Assembly: GCF_006345805.1 (NCBI RefSeq)
Contig: NC_043008.1
Location: forward strand, 46,128,001 to 46,192,000
DNA: 64,000 bases
Direction of reading: 5' to 3'
DNA from: Octopus sinensis
Taxonomy: Eukaryota
Each line of letters starts with the position of its first letter. Position 1 is the first letter of the stretch. Position numbers and translations under genes: made by a program. Of the stretch, positions 24,962 to 39,819 are shown piece after piece. Below the pieces are notes generated by a model, which made no database searches, was not told where the DNA came from, and worked only from the letters and a program-made list of their open reading frames with translations.

Positions 24962-26765
24962 AATAATACACATCTACATCATCAATGAAGAAAAAAATAA
25001 CAAATTGGCACAAAACAAAACCTTTCTTAAATCTTCATGAAATCGTATATTTAAAATCTTAAAGCACGTTACAAAATCACTTTAAATCAACGAAAAAACT
25101 ACCTCTAATATTTGATTATTTACCAACAAAGGATTGAAGGGAAAATATAAATAATGTAACATGTTTCGTAAATATCGCGGAGATTTCGAACTGTCCCAAG
25201 GGCAAATAACGATTGGCTAGTTCTGACTTATTTACAACTTTATGAGGACACAGTAGACATCTCTACCCAAAGGACTTCCACAGAGAAAGTCATTCCGCTG
25301 TGAGGAACTTTGCTAACATGAATGTGGAGAAAAAAAAACAGACTGAATTAAACATGACGATTGGGCAGACAATGATAGGTTAGTGAGATGTTTCTGTCAT
25401 AAGGAGAAAGACGACACTACATGTTAAAGTCTGCTGCGACAAACACTATATACTCTCAATGCAATTTATTTGCCAGCCGTGTCCGCATAAAGCTTTTGTC
25501 GTGCTGACATTATGGTAGAATGTGTTTGCTGGAGGAGGGAAGCAAAGGATAAATAATTACTCAGTAAACTCCTTGATCACATTCGCATTTCTGACGTGAA
25601 ATTCCTCAAAACTAGAAATATCTGGCAACAACGAAATTACATGTTGACTTGTTCGACCTCATAGATGAGATTATAAATTACAGCAAAGACAGATTCGCGT
25701 GTTCACAAGCAAAAAAAAAAGCAAATATTATTGGCTCAGAGAAGCAAAAAGTAGGATTTGGTTTTAGCATGCATCACAGAATTAGTGAGGAAAGTTAAAG
25801 GTAATTCATTTTACTTCTGCTCTATAAGTAACCGTTAAGAAATCAATTAGAATGAACAACAAGTAACGGAAATATTTCTATCCTCTGCTTAACTCGAATG
25901 TTAACTTTTGCATTCCAAATACATTTAGATCCTAAATTTATTAATGAATCTCCCTTGAATAGGATGTAATTTAGCATCTTCAACAATGGGTATGAAAGAA
26001 TCTCTAAGAATGTATCTACAATACATGAGAAAAAATGAATTGATTATAAATAGAAAGTTCGTAATCATAAGTCTGCTTAATTAGGTGGGATTAAAGTACA
26101 CGTGAGCCACAAAGCGAATGAGGCTATGATATAATGCAATATTTCGGGTTAAAAGGCCGCTAAAATAACCGGGAAGTTCAAGCTAAAATAAAAAAAAAAA
26201 GAGGATAAAATATTTTCGCTGACAGATGGCTGGCTGGCTGGCTGTCATCAGATTTCAAAGATGGTTATATCGATAAATCCAAGCTATCAAACATTAGAGA
26301 AAGGATGGTAACTTATAGCCTGGAAGCATGTTTTGTCTTATATAAACATAGGCCAGACACGCATTTCTCTTAATTATTTCTGAAAGTCTTAATAGGATAA
26401 TAGCTTTTTAAGATGTATCAAATAAATACAACACAGTACTTTATATCTGTCGAAAAGTATTTTACTCCATCCACGAACGTCGTTCAAAAGACATTAGCCA
26501 CGGCTTCAACTTGTTGTGACAGACACAAACAAAAAACCACATAATAGATGCGGCATTACAAATACCACATCCCTGAAAGTGATGTTTACCGAGAAATATC
26601 GGAGCGGCACAGATTAACGACGAACCATACAATGGAGAGAAAAACATCTAACATAGCCTTAAGAATATTGAGTCTAGAATATACATTTCCAGAGTGTGTA
26701 TACACCCTTCCGCCCAAAATATCTCGCATTCAAAATACATGTACTTAGATATATAAACATTTTTT

Positions 26766-26826
<61 letters not shown>

Positions 26827-26994
26827 GTCTATGCCTGTACGTATAAATCCATCTATATACATATATATGTGCATATGTGTGTGTGTTTGTGTGTGCGCGT
26901 GTGTCTATACCTATGTATTTGTATGTATGTGTATGTTTATGTGTATATGTATGAATATATATATGTTTAAATGTATACCTATTCATATATGCAT

Positions 26995-27290
26995 ATTTGA
27001 GTCAGGACGCCTGTGCGGTTTCCCGTGGGTGTTACTGTTGACAGGGTACCTGTTGCATAGTCGGGTCGTTGGTGACTAAATTTGTACCCCACTCTGCTCG
27101 CCTGGTGAGGGGCGTTTGTCAAATAACCAGAAGCACTAAAACAAGACCTGTGAAAAGGACGGATGATCTCAGTGTAGGTTCAACTACTATCAGGTAATAT
27201 CGCAGGTCCTCAGAATTTCCGAGATGGTGGTGTCCGGCCTGCTAGAAAACCATTGGAGAAGAGCAAGGCACCTGTTACCTTTTGCTGAAA
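26995..27290 (+). repeat. Unclassified GC-richer interspersed repeat, related to 60749-61398
   Basis: Shared core ACCTGTTGCA..GTCGGG..GT.GG.GACTAAA at 27048-27080 and 60794-60826. Confidence 0.5.
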
Positions 27291-27372
27291 CTTATCTCTA
27301 GAAGATCATTCTGAAATAAAGCCACACACAAAAATAGCCGCATCAGTATATGTATATATATATATATATATA

Positions 27373-27545
27373 CTTTTTTTTCTTCTGTCTTCCCTTCTCA
27401 GGATCTTTCCTTCTCCTTGTTTCCGACGAAGAGCTCCGCTCGAAACGTTAAACCCTCCTTCCCTTCTTTCCTGAGCGTCAAATAATACTTTAATTGTTCC
27501 ACGTCCTCGCGTTGCTGTGTTTTTTCTGTGTTTTCTTGTTTGGAT

Positions 27546-27550
<5 letters not shown>
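27373..27550 (+). mobile_element. Short (TA)n-embedded repeat (family D), second copy
   Basis: Homologous to 1943-2127. Confidence 0.7.
27419..27453 (+). ncRNA. Minimal type I hammerhead ribozyme variant (U4C)
   Basis: GTTT-CCGACGA-A-GAGC-TCC-GCTC-GAA-ACGT-T-AAAC; helix I is a perfect 4 bp. Confidence 0.6.
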
Positions 27551-27591
<41 letters not shown>

Positions 27592-28267
27592 GGGAGAGCG
27601 GTCAGAAAAGTGACAGAGGGTGGTGATTAGCCCTGCTCATGCTAAGAGTTAAGTCCAAAGCTATGAAAGCGCTAAATGACTAACGAAGGGAGGTAAGTCC
27701 CTAGCGTATATAGCCGTATCGCGATTTGGAACTTTGGTGTCGATCATCTGATTTCTTGACAGCGCCTCTTAATACCCAGGGTTAAACCCAACTTCTATTA
27801 ATTTTGCCTTTAAGTTTTCATTGCTAATAAGCCACCGTTTTAATTTGTTGTTTACACTTTTACTGTTTTGAAAATCAGCACATGATGTCAATGGTTTTTC
27901 TTATAAGATTGCCAAAGGAAGTTGAGTTTAACCATAGGCGTTAAGAGCCGCTGCTGAGTATTATGGTGGTCTACACAAATGTTCGAAATCGCGACACCGT
28001 TATATACGCTAGAGATTTACCTTCCATCGCCAGTCATTAAGTATAATACCTTAATGGGTCTGGAGTTAAATTAATTCTTTATTTTATCATAAATGCTGCC
28101 AGTCAGCACCTCACGTCACTTTTGTGACCTGTATTGATTTTTGCCTTTAGCTTCTAATTGTTAATAAGCTACGAATTTAATTTGCTATACATATGTGTGT
28201 GTGTGTGTGTGTGCGTGTGTGTGTGTGTGCGTGTGCGTGTGTGTGTGCGTATGCGTGTGTGTGTGTG

Positions 28268-28410
28268 TGAGGGGCAATGGCCCAGTGATTAGAGCAGCGG
28301 GACTCGCAGTCGTAGGATTGTGGTTTCGATTCCTAGACCGGGTGTTGTGAGTGTTTATTGAACGAAAGCACCCAGAGCTCCACGATGTTCCGACAGGGGG
28401 TGGGTGGTTG
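28268..28410 (+). mobile_element. SINE family A, 5' part
   Basis: GGGGCAATGGCCCAGTGATT...GTTTCGATTCC. Confidence 0.75.
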
Positions 28411-28435
28411 GTGAACTTGTTGGGGAAGTGGGGAA

Positions 28436-28605
28436 GTCGATAACATCGACCTCAATGCTCAGAAGTTGCTTATTTTATCAACGTCGAAATGACAACTGGC
28501 AAAGTCGACCGCGTGCCAGACTTTGAATTCAGAACGGAAATCAGGTGAAATGCTGCCAAGCGTTTCACTCAGCATACTAATAACTTTGCCTTTTCGCCGC
28601 CTTCT
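28436..28605 (-). mobile_element. Diverged SINE family B-like copy
   Basis: GCAAAGTCGAC, TTTGAATTCAGAACG and TCGCCGCCTT cores. Confidence 0.6.
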
Positions 28606-28622
28606 CTGTGTGTGCGTATGTT

Positions 28623-28663
<41 letters not shown>

Positions 28664-28667
<4 letters not shown>

Positions 28668-29868
28668 AAGCATTAGTTATAGAACAAACATTAATTTTGG
28701 GTCAACGACTTTATATACAACACGACCCCTCAAACATTTAATCATATATAAAAAAACACCAATGGCTACAAACACATAAAAAATAATACGTATCCATAAA
28801 ATCACAGAACGTAAAAATATATCCTAATAAAATGCAAACAGAACGGCCTATCAAAAAGTTACATTTAACGACTAAAAATTCAAAACTATCAAAAGCCTAC
28901 TGGACAAATATAAAATAAAGATAAAATAAAATAAGTGTCCACCGACTAAAAAGATTTTATCTGACGTTTAAAATATATTTTTTTTAAATTTAGGGCCCAC
29001 ATGAGCTGATTCTCAAACGAAAAATACTGCAGATCTCCCGCACTCGCATCTTATTTACACGATCTAAAGATGAATAATAAGAGTTATTCTCTGGAATGGC
29101 CCCTTATTTCGAGAGCCAGGGGAGTTGAAACCGCGAAGTTAATTTTCTGTTAACTACAGTCACCTGCGTGTTTTGCAATTTTTTTCTTCAATAGAAAATT
29201 TGGACTCGTCCGTTGATGGGATCTTCTTAAATTATATAAGCTTTTATCAAACGGTAAAAGCTTTTCGTAAAAATTTTGATCTGCGAATGTTTTATGTTTA
29301 TTCAGATGTGGGGTCATCACCGTCATGCCCTTTAGTGTAAATAAACTGCGGTGGTCATCTCACGAAATGGACTTAGATGTATGTGAATGTTGAATTTGAC
29401 CGGTGATATCTGTTTATTATGAACTTTGAACGTATTTGTGTGAAGGGATTAAAAGACTTTTTTCAAGATGTACATGGATTTAACCTGTGGATGTCTGTCT
29501 ACTTATGAACATTGGATGTATCTATGTGAGGAAAGTGAAATATTTTTTCAAATATTTAAAACAAAAAATAATTTTTAATAATAAAAAAAAAAGAATTTTA
29601 CATAATTTTTAAAAATATTTTAATATCTGATAAAATCTTTTGATAAGCCGTTCTATTTGTATTTTATAAGGATATATATATATATATAAGGATATAGTTT
29701 TTTACATTCTGCGATTTTATGTATACGTATTATTTTTTTAATTTGTTTGTAGATCATGGTAGTTTTTTTATGTATGATTAAATGTTTGATGGGTGGTGTT
29801 GCATGTAAAGTCGATGACCCCAAATTAATGTTTCTTCTATAACTAATTTATATTTGAACACTTCTTTT
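28664..29868 (-). mobile_element. Old element with ~270-330-bp imperfect inverted arms; possible Tc1/mariner deletion derivative
   Basis: 28664-28990 is inverted at ~29600-29868; minus-strand STDESKF motif at ~29196-29216. Confidence 0.5.
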
Positions 29869-29927
29869 GCAGTCCTATAAACCCTTTTGTTTCTATAATA
29901 AGAGACAAATATTATTCTTGTTGTGTG

Positions 29928-29967
<40 letters not shown>

Positions 29968-30809
29968 ATTAATATTATTATTATTATTATTATTAATATT
30001 ATTATTTGAAAAGTTTTCATGAGGAAAATGCATAAACCACATTTAGAAGCCTTCAAAAATCAACGGCATACACACCATCATGATTCCACTAGCCTTGCTG
30101 GTCGTAGAATGAATTCGTTAGATCAGATATGATAGAAGACAACGGGATGTCATGTGTGAGTAGGGGTGGAGTATCTAAGATATATAGCAGTGATGGATGT
30201 TAGAGGACTGGGTAGGAGGGGATCGGACGGCGAAGCATCGCGTTCCTGTAATTTAGATAGTCACTCTGTTATTTCTTCTAAATATAAATATAAATATACT
30301 AACACGTACGCACACACGATCATCAGTACAGTACTACATAGGCTGACACGAAAATAACCATCTTTAAATACTTCAGTCAATATACAGTTCGTAATTATAC
30401 AATGGCGTCAGTAACATATACTCGTTAAAGACAACTCCTGTAGTTATATCTTTGGTATATTAGATAAAGGAGTGAACATCACTGCGTATAAATAAATTAT
30501 TATACAGTTTGGTTGTTCTTGCATCTAACTAATAATCGAATGTTTTCGCCATAGAAGAATCTTTAAAACGACTTCAAGAAATATCATTACAAACAAAGAG
30601 TAAAATAACAGTTTGGTGGTTCGGGGTCGTATGACTATTCATATTTTAAATTAAAGATAGGATAGGATAAATTCAATTATCAGGATAAAAGGCTTCGTCC
30701 CGACAATGAAATTATTTGGTTTAACATCTATTGGAGCGTAAAGAAAAATAATTGCTCAGTCAGCATTCGTGGCTGTATTTCATTTGAAATCCATTTGATA
30801 TATGATCTG

Positions 30810-30870
<61 letters not shown>

Positions 30871-30937
30871 ACTATGCATGTTTGTATATATGCGTATCTG
30901 TTGTCTATCTATATGTATCTCTCTCTCCCCACTCCCC

Positions 30938-30988
<51 letters not shown>

Positions 30989-31852
30989 CGTATGTGTGTA
31001 TAAGCATCAATGTGTATGCATACATGCATACATACATGCACACTCATACACACATTGCTATGCAATAAATATACTCATATGTAAACCTTTACTAAATATA
31101 TCTTTAGAATCGCTGTACAACTGATTAGACACACAGACTACAATAAAACTTGTAAAACGTATTTGAGAAAGAAATCGAGTGATATCGTCTATCCTTGTCT
31201 GTTCATAAGGCGTCTTTACCTCACCTGTTGACCCCCCCCATACACACATACAAGACTACTGACATACACATGTATATATATGTAATACATACAGTAGTCA
31301 GTATGCTCACAATTGCCAGCGTGTTTGCTCATTTGCCTATACCAATATTCTTTGTGGATAAATTACATCAAATATATGAATGTGACTTTTGATAAGATGT
31401 AAAATTCTGGGAAAATTCCCCTTCGTACAGTTTGTCTCGTTGCGCAAATGACGATCGTCATGAAACAACGGGGATTGAACTGAAGTTCGTGCAAGACGTA
31501 TCTTGCTTGGTGCAGCAAGGTCGTCGGGATTATTTTAATATAATATAATGTAAGAAAAGTTAACGTTCTTTTTTAGTATTATTCGCTTCGTGATTCTCTG
31601 ATTGCAATACGAATTATTTTCCTTTCTTGCAGTTTCTAAAGTCTTATGGCGTCTACAGCTTTAAATTAATATATCATTCTTGTATGTAGCCTGAATAACT
31701 AGTAAAGTCTTAAACATCAACATACTGCCTAGGATTTGAACTCGAATCACAATGTTTGTATTTTGAAAAAAAAAATGATAACTAAGTAACAATTATCAAG
31801 ATGCTGTCAAACGCTGATTTAGTCACTGTATGTTTGTGGATGTAAATATGCA

Positions 31853-31921
<69 letters not shown>

Positions 31922-33111
31922 GTGCGTGTGTCTGTGTTATATTTTACTTATGATGTTACTAGCCTTCTTGCGTCGTCATCATTGCCGTCCACCACTGGAC
32001 ACGAGTATGCTAGACAGCGGTGAATAAACTCACTATAAAACGCTTATGAGTTTCCCCGCCCCACCCAATAAAAATAATAAAAATATGCAACAATAACAAA
32101 TAAAAACAAGAATCAAAAACCTATAATAATAAAAAAACCCAAATAAAATTAATATCTATTCAAATAAATGTATATTCAAAGTGAAATGAAGTGAAAGAAA
32201 CCGTTCCATATTTTGAAAATATCATCTCTTAATACTCATAGTAACAGCTTAATACATAATATTGTGATCAATACGTTCGGCTCGACGCCATAGATATAAT
32301 ATCAGAAATGTCGACGCCCTGTGAAAAATAGACGAACTTTCCTGAAAGGTTAGTTGTGTCACTTCAAATAAAGAAATATTTCTATTCATAACTTTATAAT
32401 CTCTCACTAAAGAAATGTAAAACTAAATTGCGCTGAGTATATATTTTAATAGACACGTTGAAATTGTTTTGTTGTCTTCCTACAATTTTAATGTGAGCAA
32501 CCGAATCTGCAATTTATGAATATATAAAAATATTTGATAATAAATCAGGCTCCCAGGACACATTGATGGAGGACAGACAAAAGATCGAATAAAAGTTTCA
32601 AATCAATACATCATCTGACTGAAAGTGTAATAGGAAAATTAAGAGCATATTGTACTGACGGAAGTGAACAATCTATTGAAAAGGGTGACTACCGTCTAAT
32701 CTCTCTCTAGCTATCAATCTCTCAAGTCTCCCTCTCTATCACACACGCATCTGCACACATTCATATTTATATTACACCCTAAGACGTTTCCATTTATGTA
32801 GCTAATACTGTAACCCGCTTAAATATGTATCTGTTGCGGTATCATTATATATTGGGGAAGATTTAAATGTAGTTTTGATATACATGCCTCAGTATGTACG
32901 TATGTATGTATGTATGTATCCATACAAGACAGCGAAAGCATCTGCTGTGTAATGTGTGTGTAGAAGAATGAATGGTGTAAAAGTGTTATGCACAATATAG
33001 TGTCCCGTCATACGATGGGGGAAACTGATGTTGTAGTGAAGAGAATGGGATGCAGAAACTGATATGTATTACATTTATTTGTCACTATTACTACTACTAC
33101 TACTACTACTA

Positions 33112-33168
<57 letters not shown>

Positions 33169-33617
33169 CTGCCTGAGGTTGCCGTGGTCTTTTCTGAAGG
33201 CTTTTCTTTCCACGGATAAACCTAATCTTAATTTTTACTTAAAAAAAAAAAACGTTTCTGTGATACATGATCCCTTTTGATCACCTTTTTTTTCCGATCC
33301 CTTTTGAATAGAATTTTACATTTGTTCCCATTTTTTTCCTTTTTCTTTTTCCATCTTCGAAAATAAAAGTTCTACATTTGTATTTGTCCCCTCTGTGTTC
33401 AGTCCTGTGTGGTCAATAAAGAAAGTTATCTATCTATCTATCTGTCTATCTCTATCTACCTATCTCTCTCTCTCTCTCTATCTATCTATATTAAAAGTAC
33501 AATAAGCATAATTGTAAATTATAATCTATAAAATTCTATTATCTATTATCTATTTCATGTGATTGTTATAAGAGGGCGCCGCTGGTTACAATCAGGTCGA
33601 AGATTGCTCAATTACAT

Positions 33618-33659
<42 letters not shown>

Positions 33660-33745
33660 CAGAGAGAAAGAGAGAGAGAAGCAACGTGTGGTAGAATGAA
33701 GTTAACAATGGCTTCATTACATTTGAGACATTGCACGTGAGTGCA

Positions 33746-34160
33746 TTAGGAAGATAGTTTGACCGGGTTAGAACATTTGACCTCCTTGTGAATGATAAAC
33801 TGCATCATCTGTCCAATTATCCCGATATATTCGTTTAGTGATGGGGGATGCGTGTTGAATAAAAGATATGAAGTGAAGATGAAATATTTGAGAGCAATAT
33901 AGGAGTTATTGCCAACGTCTCTGAAGTTCTTGTTGCGGCAAGATGTACGGATCACCTTGAATGTAACCCCTGTCGTGTATGTAACATAATATCTTCAATT
34001 TAGTTGGGATTGATTTGGGGTAGATTTACTAAATACCTTTGTGGAATGGAATGGGAAGCGAGGGTCAGTGCTGCTTATAGAAGCAATGACGAAGGGGTTT
34101 AGAGAATTGGTGGAGGTCGCTTAGCAGATGCTGGAAGGATCGGTTACTGTTTGGCGGATG
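33746..34160 (-). pseudogene. Highly decayed PLE GIY-YIG region
   Basis: GVTF...SCRNK, F.FTS.L...EYIG..GQ resemble PLE linker/EN motifs; weak match. Confidence 0.35.
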
Positions 34161-34666
34161 AGACAAATTTAGGACTATGAAAGATATGAAACGATCATTC
34201 GTTGTCAAGTTAGGTATCATACCAAGTCACACGCACACTCTCGCACACACACACACACTCATTCACACACTCACACATAAACACTCACCCACACACATAT
34301 TATGCAACAAATTTTCGTGTGTATGTGTGTGCATGTTACTTCCTGTATGTGTTTTTATTGTAATTATGTTAATAAGTGATATAAATATTGACGTTAACAC
34401 ACACATTTTCATAAATACATATAAATAAGAAAATGAATTTCTTCTCATCAATAAAGCTAATGTCAAATATGCTTGTCGTTAGTTCCTATTTCGAGATTTC
34501 TATGTATTCACTATTTTTTCAAAGTATCCCTCTTCACAAATTCTGCACTCCTAATTACTGATACCAGCAATATGTTGGGGAATTTAGTGCTTATCTGGTC
34601 TCCCTTCTAATACTCTACTAATTCTATGAGTCTGAACTAATACATATCTTCGATACACGCACACTG

Positions 34667-34702
<36 letters not shown>

Positions 34703-36649
34703 ACACACACATGTCTTCATACACAACCACATATATAAATATATTTGCTACAAAATTATTCTTTACACATTAATTTTTACCAAATATTCTTAATGTCTGC
34801 AAAACTCTGAAATTCAGATAATGAAATTCGTCTGCTAGGTAAAATAGTATTAACAAAACAAAGAATAAACCATTTATTATGCCATAAAAACTGTAACTTT
34901 TAAATTATTATAACTTGCTTCGACCAAAACTGCTACAAAATCAGGAAAATCATAAAATCAAAAAATATTGCTTCGTGTTCCTGAAGAAGTACAATAAACA
35001 TTATTTCAATGTGGCAGATTTGCCTAAAATATATGTAAGATTGAAACAGTAAATTGACGTAAAGAGAAGAGGATAGTTTGTGTTTTAGTAAAAATAAAAT
35101 GTTAAAAAGTAATGACTTCCGTTTTCTCTGTTTCTTAGAATCGTTTCTGTTTTGCCTGTTTTATTAAATATATTATTTTAAACATTTTAAGTTTCTCGAA
35201 AGTTTTTTGATTAAAAAGTTTGAATATTGTCCAACTTTAAGTGGAATTTTATTTAAGATGATGAAGAAAAGAAAAGAAAATAATATATTTCACTCATATC
35301 AAATAAATATTCTTAATTCGGATAATTACTGAGATTGCATTTTTACAGAATATTTTGTGATTATAATAGAATACAAAATAAAAATAAAATGGAACAATTT
35401 TACAGACAAAATGCTTAAAATAATTGAATAAGGCACATACAAAGAATCAGCACATTGCAAATTATCGACAGAAAATGGTTACTGGGTAGGCGTAGAAGAT
35501 CTGGTGTTCTATTCGGAACAATCCTGTTGAAGAATCAGTTGTAGGCCACAATATGTGTCTTCGACGATACCTTGTATTGTTATTCTGTCACTATTTTCCA
35601 CCGACAATTATTTTGAATAAACAAACGGAACGTGAAGCAGATAATTCAATATCTTAGCTCAATCCCGATGGTAAATAGTTTATCAAAAGATATGTAACAA
35701 AACAGAGTATGTTATTGCTATGGATATGAAGCTGAAAGAAAGATAAACATGTGAAAAAACGAAATTCAAATTAATTACAGCTATAATACATATAACATTT
35801 GTTTAATGTTGTGGCAAAGGAGGTAACTATTTCTTTGTTCATATCACATCTATTTATAATCAAGCTTTGCATTTTGCAATTGTTTTGCGGAAAGTATACC
35901 CATGTGTGTATATTAATCGTGATGCTACCTCACATATATAAAAACATCCTTGGGTTCGTTGGATACAATTTTGATATTCTATCATATTTGGTCCCACGCT
36001 TACATATAATTTTATGGGGCAATACATTTAATAAGTATTTCTTTATTATATCTCTTTTTTCATAGCCATACATGCTCAAGTTTTATTTCCGTTTACCTGC
36101 AGTGAAAATTATATATCATATTGCTTCCCATAAAATCAAATTTCCAGCTAAAACAACATACATGAAATTATGAAAAGTTGTATTTTGTATTTTCCAATCT
36201 CCGTTTATATTGATTGTATATAGCAGCAATAAAGGATCACCTCGCTAAAATAACCAAAATGTGAAAGATACCAAATATATTATTGTGTTTTCAATTATAA
36301 TATAAAACAAACATGTATGCGAAAACATGCGATTAGAATTGATCCTAGATATGTCTTCAAGTTTATTGCTGAAAATCAACGATGCAGAAAATACACCACT
36401 TCCAATGAAGTATCAAGGCTTAGTAACGCTTTATATGGAGATTGACAAATGCACGTGGTTACACCGTACTTCGTAAATTATATTTACAAAATAAAGTGAC
36501 AGGAACTTGATACACAGACCGAAGAGTATAAAATACATTTTCTTCCCTTTTGCTATTTCGTTTTAATTTACTTGACAACAACTTAAGACTAATGGGAGAA
36601 ATTAATTTAAAATAAAGTAGATTTCAGCCTAATTATTTCTCTCACTATC

Positions 36650-38830
36650 GAAAAATACCTAATGGACCCGAACAAACCAATTGTATTAGAAGCGATATAC
36701 TAAAAATCCCAAATAGTCAATAGAGACTAATATAGCAAATTGAAGAAATCCACGAATGTTTATCCCCGTGGTAATCACTGGAGAACTTAGGGCGGCGCTC
36801 CAACCAGCAACCTGATATCAGACACATTAGAGAGCTGTGGTTTCTATACATCAATTGCCGAAGGAAGGGGGAACAAAGTAGGAGTTCATTCGTCCCGATA
36901 CCCTCGATAAGCAAATTATGATTCTATTGAACAAATTCAAGTACTATAATGTTGAAACACGTGACGACACAAACATCAGTAACTAAGAAGTGTCAGAATC
37001 AGCAAAAACACCAAAACGGTGAAGAACTCACTGATGCGGCTGAGGATGATACCAAGTTAGCAGACATAAGGCTTAACACCACAAAAACCATCTCTCAAAT
37101 AGTGGAATAAAACTGTACTAACCAAAGCGAAGATATAAGCAAAACAAGAGAAAAAATTGGAGAACCGCCTGGGAACGGCATTGAAAATAACCACGCAGGG
37201 CAGAGACGAAGGCTATAAAGAAAGAAAAAAAAACTAAGACTAAAAACAAAGATAGAAGGAAAACAGAGAACAAAATGATTGCAAGTCACCTGCAGGTTCT
37301 ACTAAAAGGGTCCTCCTGACATAAGGGGTGTGAAACACGGCAGAAATGAGTTTCTCAGACCATGACATAGCGGAACCAGCATTGTATGGTCCAAAGCAAA
37401 TTGAAGGTATACACCACAAAGTAAATATCTAAATTGCCTCTAGTTTAAAAGGATCTCAAAACACTTAAATAAACAATTTGATAAAGCCCTACTTAAAAGA
37501 TTTCAGGGATCAAAAACAACATCAGAGTATCCCATGAAACGAATACAATAAATGGATAATCCAATGCAATTGAAGATATATAAAACAATCTGTGACTTAC
37601 TGCAATTTTTCAAATAAATTGCCTCGATACATTATAAGATACGTTCACAGATGGAAGAAACGAGTTAACTGACAAATGCCAAAAGGATTAGTTAAATGCT
37701 AAGTAAAGTATTCGAAAGTGCTTTTCTTCTCCACTAGAAGATACACAAATAAATAAGCCTGGCGTGTTCCTCAACACCGTAACTCTACTGAACGAAGTGA
37801 CAACTGCCGATTACATCAGCATAAAATTAAAGGATGGGATATCGGCTATCGGAAAAATTAAACTTGAAATCAATAATGGGTTCTGATGGCTTTCCAGAGA
37901 TTGTTTGACAAACCACTCAAACAGTCAAAAGAAGGTTAGAATATGCCCTGTCCATAGAGCAGAAATAAGTGTGGACATTAAAACTAATAAACGTATCTCT
38001 CTAACCTCACATATTAATTATGGAATGCATTGCCAGAAGGAAACTGATCAAGTTGCGTGAAGGAACCTATGTGCAAGCTAATGCAAGACACGCGTTCTCT
38101 CCAGCAAATTGCTGCCTTCCTCGGCTACCATCAAATTCCGAGTGCATGCATTTATAATGCGGCTGAATTGCTGAAACGTGAATGAGATGTATCTTGACCT
38201 AACAAAGATATTCAGTAAATTTTATCATGGAATATTACTCAAACTGTACGGACTTTGTCGCATGACATTTAAGCGGTAGGAGTCAGGAAGTTGCAGCCAG
38301 TTGAACCCTTTCAGAGGGAACATCCAAGAGGAGTTCCATAGGGAACTCTGTTGCCACTTAATGCTGCTTGTGGAAGCTGTCTCAGATTGAATCAATAACA
38401 TTCCATAGCTACACTAGTCTACAAATACAGCACACGAGGTCAAGAGTCGTTATGATAATGCAAAACTACAGAACGACCTTCGCACGATAGAAATGTCTGC
38501 GCCTCTATCAAACAATAAAGGGATTGCAATCAAATTAGACGGTACCGATTGCAACTATGGTGTCACTATATAGAAGTCTACATGAATAATAATGCTTAAT
38601 TCCATGTGCATCGTTTTAAGATGTCAACAAGGTGTAGGTGGCTGGAAGGTTGGATTATAACATTACTTTAAACGAAGCGAAAAGTAAACCAAGCTGGTGG
38701 CGGAGAGACTATGTGTTCTGTCGCCTGGATCACTTCTCCCAATCATGATTGCAACATGGCGTCAAATCGAACAACAGAGTGGGAGGCTATCCATCACTGT
38801 TACATAAAGGACGTTGACTCACTAAGCAAG
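36650..38830 (+). mobile_element. Heavily decayed CR1-like LINE ORF2
   Basis: MGSDGFP, RISLTSHI..MECI, YLDL.K.F.K, GVP.G, RCRWLEGWI and RLDHFSQ..EWEAI align by eye to the 10812-12030 copy (KCRRLAGWI, HLDYCSQ..DLEAI). Confidence 0.6.
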
Positions 38831-38939
38831 AGCGAAACGCTGGGGATTACTAAAAGTGTATACATTTACAGAAACAGATATATACGTATACTCTCTCTCT
38901 CACTCACTCTCACACACTCTCACACACACACACATATAT

Positions 38940-38994
<55 letters not shown>

Positions 38995-39139
38995 TATATA
39001 TATATATATACAAATTAAATCGGTTGCGTATTTGCTATTTGAATGTAAAGGCATATGTATGTATACAATTGAGGTCACTTCCAGCCAGAAATTTGGAAAC
39101 GACATGCTGTAAAGCTTGAAATTCGTGCCGGAATCTCCA

Positions 39140-39819
39140 ATACGTACATTTCCGCGTGTTTGGGTGTCAATCTGAGGACAGTTGAATCTGAAGATATGTA
39201 CCGAGTGTGATAAAAATCAAACATCTAGTCAATATCATGGTGTTTGGAGTGATCACTAAGGCTGGCGATATTATGCCTCCATTCATCTTCCCACAAGGCC
39301 TCAGATTCAACATGGAGGCCTACATCAAGTAGCTGGAGGAGGTAGTGTTGCTCTGGTTCAAGTATATGGCTGCTAGAAGAGTCTCTGTCTGGCAACAGGA
39401 CTCTGAACCGCGCCACACAAGCAGGAGAACCCAGTCAGGGCTGTCAGACAATTTCTCTGACAACATCACCCCTAACATCTGCCCATCTAACTCCCCAGAC
39501 TGCAACTCCCTTGATTAATATGTGTGTGGTGCAGTTGAGCAAGAGGCAAACAAAACTCCTTGCAACACCAAAGATGAATTGAAGGCAAGGATTATGGCAG
39601 CATTCACCAGCTTAAACAAGGAGACGGTTCAGAAGTGTTGCAGTTGATTCCGAAGGCGTCTGCGAGCCGAGATTGGAGCCAATGCCAATTTTATTGAATA
39701 CATTTATTCTTTCAAGCTATTTCTATATAGTTTTGGTTTATATATTTGTTAAAATGTGATGTCAGTGTTGTTTTCATCTTTGCGTAATTTAGACGCCAGT
39801 TTATTCACAGCATCCTGTA
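39140..39819 (+). mobile_element. maT/DD37D mariner remnant (3' half + right TIR)
   Basis: 39219-39698 translates IMVFGVIT..MPPFIF..WQQDSEPRH..SNSPDCNSLD (37 residues D to D)..FRRRL; ends CATCCTG|TA. Confidence 0.85.

Noticed and set aside
27600-27698. Possible first exon ending at GAG|GTAAGT (27693)
   Set aside because: An isolated consensus donor is expected by chance in 64 kb, and there is no supporting ORF.
31431-31519. Possible 89-nt exon and ATGACGATCGTCAT palindrome followed by GAAA
   Set aside because: Weak donor site, no recognisable peptide, and no CUGANGA core for a ribozyme.
37028-37070. Second CTGATGCG + hairpin motif
   Set aside because: No GAAA follows helix II and there is no helix I; it lies in decayed LINE sequence.
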